Part shown: positions 55,039 through 64,000 of the stretch, in pieces | Position numbering within the stretch: the first letter of the stretch is position 1 | Layout of the letters: each line of letters begins with the position of its first letter | Position numbers and translations under genes: made by a program | Assembly: GCA_000165425.1 (NCBI GenBank) | Contig: CT868008.1 | Coordinates: 186,001-250,000, forward strand | Reading direction: 5' to 3' | From: Paramecium tetraurelia | Taxonomy: Eukaryota | DNA length: 64,000 nt | Notes under the pieces: generated by a model | The model's database searches: none | What the model saw: the letters and a program-made list of their open reading frames with translations, nothing else | Told to the model about the DNA's origin: nothing

Positions 55039-56197
55039 TAATTTTATTATAAATTTCATTTATATCAAGAATTTAGTTAAATTAGTTATATTGCAAAATT
55101 AAACCCAATTAAAATAATAATTAATAAATCAGGCAAAAGTTTATTCCCATTATTAATTCCAAGCTATATTTTATTCTTATATTCCTTCTTAAAATTGATA
55201 ATCAAAAATATAAAAAATCTTTTTTCCATGATTTTGATATATTTATTAAAATTAGACTATATTTAGAATAGTTTTAATATTTTATTTCAGTTCTAAAATG
55301 AACATTATTTTATGATTTATTAAAAATTATTGCTGCAAATTAGATTTAATTTGAAATATCATCAATTTAATAATTATCCTAAAAGACATCAATATGGTTA
55401 TTTCTACCTCCTTTAGCAAGGAGAGACTAATCGATACTTGTAATCAAATTTATTCCAGAGATTTAAAATTATCCAAGATATCCTTATAATATATTGGTAT
55501 TCAGTGTGAAAGATGCTGTAATCAATTTTAGATTCTTGAATCTCAGAAAGAGTATCGTTGCAAAAAAGGTTGATTCAATTTTTATTTAGTTCCATTCAAA
55601 TAGAGTTGTAGATGCACTTCATATGATTAAATGTGAGTTAACATATTTCTAATAAGCTTAAAATAGGAATAAGTTTATTGGAAGTCTTTATTTTATTTAC
55701 AATTTATAAATGTAAGATTTACAAAAAGAAAATTGTTGATAAATTTCTACTTTTTCATCTAATTATTATATAACATTCATGAATTTCTATATATTTATAA
55801 GATTTCAACCTACGAGTGTTACATTTTAAGTATTTATATTTTATTAGTGTAATAATCTAATTAGATAATCGAAAATCAGAATGTCTTGATATTGTAGTGT
55901 AACTAAACAAAATTAGTAAAGCAAAATATAGTGTTCTTAAAAACAATATTGAATTGAATAATGGATTCGGCAGTTGGTTAATGATGATTCCTTATAAAAG
56001 ATTAAATTTAATGTTGAATCTATCAGCTTTGAATTTAGAAACCGAATATATGGAAATTTAAAAAATGAACAAATTCAAAACAATAGATAGGATTAATTAT
56101 AATAAATTCAAAAGTAGTTGATATTCATTTTATCGAAATTGATTCAATTAGCTTGATATTTCAAATATATGAGCCCCTTATAACATTTAATAATTTA

Positions 56198-59100
56198 ATG
56201 TAAAAGTTGACTGATAAACAGAAAGCCAACTCTCTTGTTAAGAAGGACCAAAGTAGAGAAGAGGAGATTGAAAATGATGGAAAAGTTCGTAAAGTGAGAA
56301 GTCCTTCCAGCGTGGCTGACTTGAATGATTTGAGATCTTATAGAAGCCCAAAAAGTGTAAAAAGTGCAAGAGGCTCCAATTTAGTGATTAATTAAAGTGG
56401 AAACGATGAGCAGAGAAAAAAACCCCCTCGGAGATTGAATAGTACAATAATGGCTAGACTGTCTAAATTGCAAAACATAAAATAAACACCTACATTATAG
56501 AAATGGATTTCCTTATTGATTGAGGGATGGATATTTTCTATTATAATGGCCATAGTAACTCTTTATGCTTTATTCGGAGATGATGTGAGAATTTTATCAG
56601 TTGATAAAACGGAGGATGACATCTTTTTCATTCTAACTATAATAAGTATGTCCTTTTTTTCACTTGAAATAATATTGACTTCCATAGTAAACCCAAACTA
56701 TATTTTGAATGTATGTAGTTAGTTCCTATTGATTTTTATTAGTTTTACTTTTTTTTGGATGTAATTTCGACAGCAACAATGATTTTAGATATTGGTTGGA
56801 TCACTGATTTGTGGTATGGGGAAGAAGGCGATATCGGGAATGCTGCAACCATAAAAGCATTGGGTAGGGCCTCGAGAGTGGCTAGGAAGGCAGCAAGAGT
56901 GATTCGAATAATTCGTTTAGTAAGATTGGTAAAATTATATAAACATGCAAGATTATAATATGAGAAAGAGCAATAAAAAAAAATTCTTTAATAGATTCTC
57001 AAATAAAACAAACTAATAAGCGAGGAAAATTAAAAACAGTATTAGCAATAATAATAATAATTATAACATTCATAATAATCTTAATAATTAAATAATGGCA
57101 CTCCTCATCAACAATATTTAATGTAGAGAAACTCTTCCTATCCATCTCCTCCTCCATCAGGTAGGTAGCATTTTAAATCTAACGATGATGGGTAAGAACT
57201 CAACGAACAATAAAAACTAGTTACTGAATGTAAACAACCTTATATTGGGTAGATGCAACAATCGTTAGTTCCTTAGAACAACCAGATAGGAGGTTCATAG
57301 TTGTCTGCCCAATCTAATCAATAATCTAATCAATATCAAGCAAATGTGAATGCTGCAATCACATTAAATGATTAATTAAAGTCAAGTCAGATATCTTTAA
57401 CGAACAGTGATAATGTGAAGGAAAGCAATGTTGGTACTAAATTGTCAGATTTGGTGATGAGGAGAGTCATAACAATAGTTTTATCCATTTTAATAAGTAT
57501 ACCAGCCTTATAGCTGGACACTTATTAGGAAACGATAAACTCTTATGATTCAGGTATCTTTAGAATTGCATAGTTTAAGGACAACTATTAAATTGTTTCA
57601 AGTCTTACACAATAATATGTCGGATTCCATTAAGATGAGATCTATCCCATTCTTGCTGTTTTTGTATAAAGACAAAATGTGACTGAGAGTTCTCCTAAAC
57701 TCAATGATTCAAATTTCGAAATATTCAACTACTCTCAAAATCACAATTGGTTTCAAGAAACAAGTTATAAATTAGATCAATACAGATAATCAGATAAGTA
57801 ATATTATGCTGCAGTCAATTCCAATAACATTTTGGTAACCTGCTCTGTGGCTGATTTAGTAGAATACAATAAAACAAATGCTATTCTTTCTATCTTTTAA
57901 ACTATATTTGTATGCATAGTCTTAGCTGGTAGTGCAGTGCTATTTAATAAAGATGTCAATGAATTAGTGATAGATCCAATAGAAAGGATGATGGAAAAAA
58001 TAGAATTGATAGCCTAGAATCCCTTAGAAGCTGTCTATATTGAAGAATAGGAGGATCTCATAATGGAGCAATTGGAGAAAGATGAGGATGATGAGAAAAT
58101 TAAGTAGAAATATATGGAAAGGAGAATGGAAACCTATCTTCTGTAGAGATTAATAATGAAAGTGGGAGCATTGTTGGCTGTAGGATTTGGTGAGGCAGGA
58201 TCTGAAATAATAGCTGAGAACATTAAAAAAGGAGGCAGTGTTGATCCCATGTTACCTGGTAAAAAGATAATGGCTATCTTTGGATTTTGTGATATCAGAA
58301 ATTTCACTGATGCTACAGAAGTACTGCAACAAGATGTCATGGTTTTTGTCAATGAAATTGCAGAGATTGTACATTCTACTGTTGACAGTTATGGAGGATC
58401 TGCAAATAAAAACATTGGAGATGCTTTCCTTCTAGTTTGGAAGTATTTCCCCATGGAATACCATCCAGATCCTCAATATCCATCCAAACTCATTGTTCGC
58501 ACTGAACATCATATTAAGCAGAAGGGCGACATGGCAGTGTTGTCATTCTTAAAGATTATCACGGCAATCTCAATTTCCAAGAAATTAGAAAAGTATAAGA
58601 AACATGCAGGATTGAATGCTCGTATGAAGGATTACTCTGTTAAGATGGGATTTGGATTACACATGGGATGGGGCATTGAAGGTGCAATCGGATCCTCATT
58701 TAAAATCGATGCATCATATTTGAGTCCGAATGTCAATCTGGCATCCAGATTAGAAGCTGCCACAAAATAATTTGGTTCTGTCATCCTAATTAGTGGAATC
58801 TTAAAATAGCATCTCACAGAGCAATGTTAGAAACAATTAAGACTCATTGATATTGTTACTGTGAAAGGTAGCATTGAACCTGTAGAAATCCATACTATTG
58901 ATATGTCAATCAAGAATCTCATAGCTAAAACGAAAGAATTGCATGACAAATTTGACGTGACCAAAATGAATTAACAAGAATAAAAGCAGTTCAGAGTGCT
59001 CAACAGATTCAAAAGAAACTAACTTTAAAAGGATGTATCCAAGGACAAAATCAATGTTGCTGATTAATTTAATACTGATGAAGAAATCATCCATGCCAGA

Positions 59101-59373
59101 GAACCTTATACCAAAGTAATTTGTTATATATCTTTGCAATTAGGAGTTTTACCAGGCTTGGCTAGAGGGCTTCCAATTCTACATCAAAGGCTAATGGGAA
59201 CTTGCATAATCTCTATTTTCTAAGACTTTGGTATACATTTGTATTATATCTTTAAGTATATGATTCCAGATCACAAGGATGGTCCATCGAACACTCTTTT
59301 GGAGGTCATCCATTCTCATGGAGGAAAGGCTCCACATGATTGGAAAGGATACAGAGAGCTTACAGAAAAATGA
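56198..59373 (+). CDS. Alveolate adenylyl cyclase with N-terminal voltage-sensor/K+-channel-like domain
   Basis: TM helices with S4 RASRVARKAARVIRIIRLVRLVKLYK; LLAVGFGEAG; class III cyclase FCDIRNFT, NKNIGDAFL, KIDASYLSPNVNLASRLE, VKGS; tail WKGYRELTEK. Confidence 0.95.
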
Positions 59374-59504
59374 AATTCTTATCATATCAGAATTATTACT
59401 AAAATCCTATCTCTATCACTTATTACATCAACATCAACTTTTCAGAGTCTAATTATTCTTTATAATATTTAATCCTTTCGAGTCCTCTCTTAATTAATTA
59501 TTTA

Positions 59505-60203
59505 ATGATTTCTCAAGCATTGCTAAGATCAGAAACCAAAAAGCAAAGTCTCATCTCTAGACCTTCCTCAAAAAGTAACAATTTTCTCCCTGAAATTATT
59601 CAAACTCCCTCTTCAAATTAATTACGAAAACAATAAAACAGCATCTTGATTCCTTCAAAAGGTATGGATTTACTCAATCTCCATAAAATCCCTAATCTTG
59701 AACCTGCTGCTGAACAATTCACATCTAGAATTGAATTACAAAGAAAAGAACTTATTAGAGAAATATTTAGAGAAGAAAAAAAGTAATCCATACTCAAACC
59801 ATTTACAAAATAATAATATGAATAAAATCATCGTCACATCTTCAAAAAAGAAGAAAATATGTAAGATTAACAAATGCAATTAAAAAGTATTCTCAAAAGA
59901 AAAAGTTCAAACAGTCGAGAACATACTGATATATTTGATTTCTTCGAGCTTGATAATTAAGATTTTAAATAATAATAATAATAAAAATCCAATTTGAATA
60001 TGTTAAAACATAATAAGCAGGTTTCGTTATAACCAATCTAAAAAGAAGATTACTCACCTAAAGTTAGTCCTGGAAAGAAAATAGTTTCATTCAATAGACA
60101 AATATAAATAAAGGTGATTGATCCTAACGAAGAAAAACCAAAATCGAATCAGAAATCTTTTAGAAGATTGTATACGATGGCAGATCTTCTAGATAAATAA
60201 TGA
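59505..60203 (+). CDS. Uncharacterised protein with SILK and RVxF-type motifs
   Basis: MISQALLRSETKKQ...QLKSILKRKSS...GKKIVSFNRQIQIKVID...DLLDKQ then TGA. Confidence 0.68.
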
Positions 60204-60241
60204 AATTTCATTTTATCATAAAACACATTGTTTTATACCAC

Positions 60242-60949
60242 TCAATTTACTAGAAAATGATCAATGAATTTTTGGATTGCCTTAAGCCTATGAGATATTT
60301 TATTCTTCACATCCTTATCCATTTCGGCATATCTTAAATATTTCGAATCTATACGTATCTGTATATCCATCAGGTTAAAATATTGGATCCCAGCCAAAAT
60401 TTCTTGGTCCTCTTGGTCGTACAATTACTCCCTGGGTTTATCCAACAAATTGTAAGGGTTCCTTCAATTCGGGTCCCATATAAGACAAAATGCATTGAGC
60501 ATAACCTGTCTTATCCTCAAATCCATCTAACATTTTGCTTAATCCCTCAGGTCCTGCTGCATCCAAAAACCACTTCCTATTTAAGAACAATTAACCATAT
60601 TTACACATAAGGACCAGGCATTCCATTAAGAGCATTGAAGCATAATGAAGTATCCTCTGTAACACAGGCCTTTCCCATTTTCTCATAAGCAAGTAGGGCT
60701 TTCTCTTTTGCTATTTAAAGAGGTGGTCCCTATAACTCAGGCACTGATGATTAATTATAATGAATTACAATCCACAGGTTCGGAATCAATGTGAAATTGA
60801 TCTCCCATAATTTGAATAAATTCCTTAAGTTTATTTTTCTAAATGATTAGAATATTATTACGTTTCCTGTGCAGAGAATGATGGTGTGCTTTTTAGGAGC
60901 TAATTTTGTGTATAAATATATTACCTTCCTCATTCTAATTTTAATTCAT
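60242..60949 (-). CDS. ITPA: Inosine triphosphate pyrophosphatase (HAM1 family)
   Basis: [68 protein letters not shown]. Confidence 0.94.
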
Positions 60950-60966
60950 TATTTAAATATTTGAGG

Positions 60967-61985
60967 ATGAATAACAATGACATTATATATTAGTAATAGT
61001 AGGAGTAAAGAGAGAGAAAACCTTCGTTTTTAGAATAGCTATGTTCATGCCTTTATTTTTTTTAAAAGAAGGATGTTAGGGCTAATGAAAGATATTAATT
61101 AGGAATTGATACTCCGAAATCTCATGTAAGTTAGATTAAAATAAATCTCAGGCTAGAAAACTCTGTGTTTTAGATTTAGATGAAACATTAGTACATAGTT
61201 AATTTAAAGGTGACAATGGTTATGATTTTTTACTTGATGTAATATTAAAAATATGTTAGATAATTGTATAAAGTCAATTATTTAAAGTATTTGTTACAGT
61301 TAGACCAGGAGTAGAAACCTTTTTAGAATAACTAAGTGAACATTTTGACATAGTATTATGGACTGCTAGCTTAAAAGAGTATGCTGATCCTGTTATTGAT
61401 ATTATTGATCCCTAAAGAAGGATTCAAACAAGACTTTATAGAGAAAGCTGTACTCCAATTAGAGGAGGACTGACCAAAAATCTAAACAAATTAGGAAGAA
61501 ATTTGAAAGAAGTGCTAATAATAGATGTAAAGAAACTTGATTTTATAAGAATTCCTAAATGTCGTTTTTATTTTAACCAGAGAATGGCTTTTTAATCAAA
61601 GATTTTATATAGGATAAAAATGATAAAGAGTTAGATATGTTGTTACCCTTCTTAATTTGGCTTAGTCAAGTAATTTATAATATAATTAAAGCAATCTGAT
61701 GTTCGACCTGTATAAAAATTATGTTAGTAATTTATGTTGAAGAATTAGCATTCACGAAAAATTTCGAAAAAATAGATTCTCTCATAATCTATGGTTTTGA
61801 ATCAAGATAACATCTAAAAACAACTCGAAATTCCAAGAACCCATACTATGAATCATCAGGACTTTGAAGAAATAGAATTGAGATAAGAGGCTGGACTCAA
61901 TTCCCCTCATGTTGAACTTAAAATGTAGGATTAGACAGATGATGATGAAAGCAAAGAAACATTTGAAATCAGTAGTAATTGTTGA
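60967..61985 (+). CDS. Small CTD phosphatase (SCP/Psr1-like NIF family)
   Basis: SFLEQLCSCL candidate palmitoylation site, CVLDLDETLVHSQF, VRPGVETFL, WTASLKEYADPVID, RLYRESC. Confidence 0.9.
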
Positions 61986-62006
61986 TTTTATTGATTCTTT
62001 ATATAT

Positions 62007-63237
62007 TCACTCATTCAATTCTTTGATCTAAGTTCTTATTTGCTAATAGAATTCATGATTTTTAGATAAAGCATAAGAAATATAAAACAGCAATTTTTAT
62101 TTTTTAAGATTTAGTGTTTTTATTAACTTTTTGTTTTCCACAAAATCACTATTGTCTTCATTTTATGCTTAATGTTCAATTGAATGGATGGCGTCATAAG
62201 CATAAAACAAAATTTCAATAACAAAAAATTTATTTGAGAATATTTTAATTAAGTCCTCCCTATTAATATATGGTAAAATTAATCCTTTATCTACTTTGTG
62301 AGCATGTTCTTTTAACTTTTTGTAAGAGAGATCTAAATTTCCAATCAATGAAGTATTGTCATCCATTGTGTAGCTGAGAATTGTGAACATATTATAGAAT
62401 TCTCTATTCAATTCAATGATGTCTCCATCTAGAACCTTCGCTATGATTGATATGGAAGCACTAAATTGAAATAATAATTCTAAAAATTACATTAAATTAA
62501 ATAGATGATTTCTTAAATCCTCATGCTAAATCTTACATAATTTATTGAAGGGCACCACAGTTTATATTTTCTATTTCAGAGTTGACCTAAATTCAAGGTA
62601 AGAATTTTGATGAATTTCTTTATTTGTCTTTTAATTTTAATCTAATTCATCAACATATAATGAAAATGCTCCCTTGTATATTTATCAATCTTTACTTCAT
62701 TTACTTCCCACCAGGGAATCCAGGGTTCTTATATAACCATTTCTTAAATAAACTTAGCAAACTCATGTTATTCAGCCAATGTCAATTAATCCAAATTCAA
62801 TTTACCTTGTTCACATAATTCTTACAATTCTTCCCATCTTTCATTTATCTCCTCCTCATTCATTGGAACAATATTTTCATCTTTAGACTTTATTACACTA
62901 TTAATTTACTTCTTCATAGAATTGATTAAGAGCTTTTTTCATCTCAATTTACTCGTCGAAGGTAGCCTTCAACCCTTTCATCTTCTATATCTCATGCTCC
63001 TTCTAGAATGATGATGTGCATGTTTCACTGTGGGTTTTGTAGCAGTCCAATGAACATTGCATCTTATTACATTTAGGACATGAGTATTTAGCCATTTATT
63101 TTTAACAACTATAGGTTATATTTAATCTAATACAAATCACATTATTATTGGATTCGCTTAAATTATGGCACTAACAATTTCGATTTCTGTGTTAATATTA
63201 GAAGTTCATCTAATTCATTATTTTCCTTCTATTTCAT
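62007..63237 (-). CDS. ZNHIT2: zf-HIT domain protein, ZNHIT2-like
   Basis: CDF|CQKQMAKYSCPKCNKMQCSLDCYKTHSETCTSSF HIT finger; later KPWIPWW and KKQKLLFYISYA resemble ZNHIT2. Confidence 0.72.
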
Positions 63238-63248
63238 AAATTTAATTT

Positions 63249-64000
63249 ATGGATTAAATTAAAGTTAAGCATTCACCTGTTAATCAATTCTAAATTTCAG
63301 ATAACGAAGTATCAATTAATAATACATTAAGTTCCCTCTTTCCTTGTAATTAATCAATGATACTGTGTTAATGGCCATGACTGACTTTTCATTAAAATGG
63401 ATTGATTTAAATACTCAATAAGTTATTTGGGAATTAAAGAATCATCATTAAAAAAGAATATAATAATTGATAGTAGAAAACAATGTAGCATTCACTTGTT
63501 CTAATGATAGAACAATTAAAGTTTTTGATTTACAATCTAAAAAATAAATTCATTAATTTAAGAACGAAAAAGAATTTTATTCAATTGCTAAATCTAAACA
63601 TATTTTAGCAGGTGGAAGCGAGGGTAGAATTGATTTTTATGATCTCAATGCTATGAAATGGAGGTCTAGATTTGATTCATCCTAAAATGATGAATTATCT
63701 TCATTGAATTTCCATCCTTAAGATTAAACGCAACTTTTATGATCTTCAACAGATGGATTATTAGTTTAATATGATTTGACTTAAAAAAATGAGGAAGAAT
63801 CATTATAAATGATGATTAGATTTGACTAACCTCTAAACTCTTGTGGCTATTGGAATAATTTTTGCTTTTGCGTTACAACCACAAATTAAATTACTATCTT
63901 AGATTAATAAAATGATCAAAAGCTCTATTAGTTCTAAGCCATAAAAATGTATTATTTATTTATAATTTATAGGATGAATTTCATGAAGATTACTTAATTG
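63249..64000 (+). CDS. WDR89: WD40-repeat protein, WDR89-like; runs off the window and has an in-frame TGA
   Basis: FTCSNDRTIKVFDL, IDFYDL, SSQNDELSSLNFHP..QLL*SSTDGLLVQYDL..NEEESL; intron about 63309-63331; TGA at 63740-63742. Confidence 0.7.

Noticed and set aside
57040..57095. (TAA)n-like microsatellite
   Set aside because: It is the poly-Gln coding tract inside the adenylyl cyclase.
2546..62818. Many ORF-track entries antisense to real genes (e.g. 2546-2779, 4307-4567, 18299-18517, 41862-42179, 58134-58352, 60383-60610)
   Set aside because: Shadow ORFs produced by standard-code translation; the opposite strand carries the conserved domains.
1..64000. Prokaryotic systems (CRISPR, operons, defence islands) and telomeric repeats
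   Set aside because: No repeat-spacer array or G/T telomeric tract seen; gene structure is entirely ciliate nuclear.

Overview
Eukaryotic, very AT-rich, gene-dense DNA with the hallmarks of a Paramecium macronuclear chromosome (aurelia-type, probably P. tetraurelia). TAA/TAG read as Gln, TGA is the only stop, and genes carry 20-30 nt GT-AG introns. The supplied standard-code ORF track therefore fragments almost every gene. Retranslating by hand with the ciliate code gives about 38 protein genes. Recognisable ones are a PMCA Ca2+-ATPase, two trichocyst matrix proteins, FAHD1, two probable ciliate ATP synthase subunits (ATPTT3-like, subunit k-like), ETF-QO, an SR-type RRM/zinc-knuckle protein, a CRC/tesmin protein, a TLDc protein, two NIF/CTD phosphatases, proteasome beta6, UBC6, a PTB-like RRM protein, a CNBD K+ channel, importin-4, RAD17, a dual-specificity phosphatase, Myb and HTH factors, an LRR protein, the channel-fused adenylyl cyclase, ITPase, ZNHIT2 and WDR89. 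I found no tRNA, rRNA, telomeric repeat, CRISPR array or intact transposon. The best leads are several predicted pseudo-enzymes, three orphan genes with PP1-docking motifs, divergent gene pairs with only 11-17 bp between ATGs, a Tc1-like HTH orphan, and reading-frame lesions in PMCA, importin-4 and WDR89. Identifications come from motif recall, not database searches, and ends are manual estimates.
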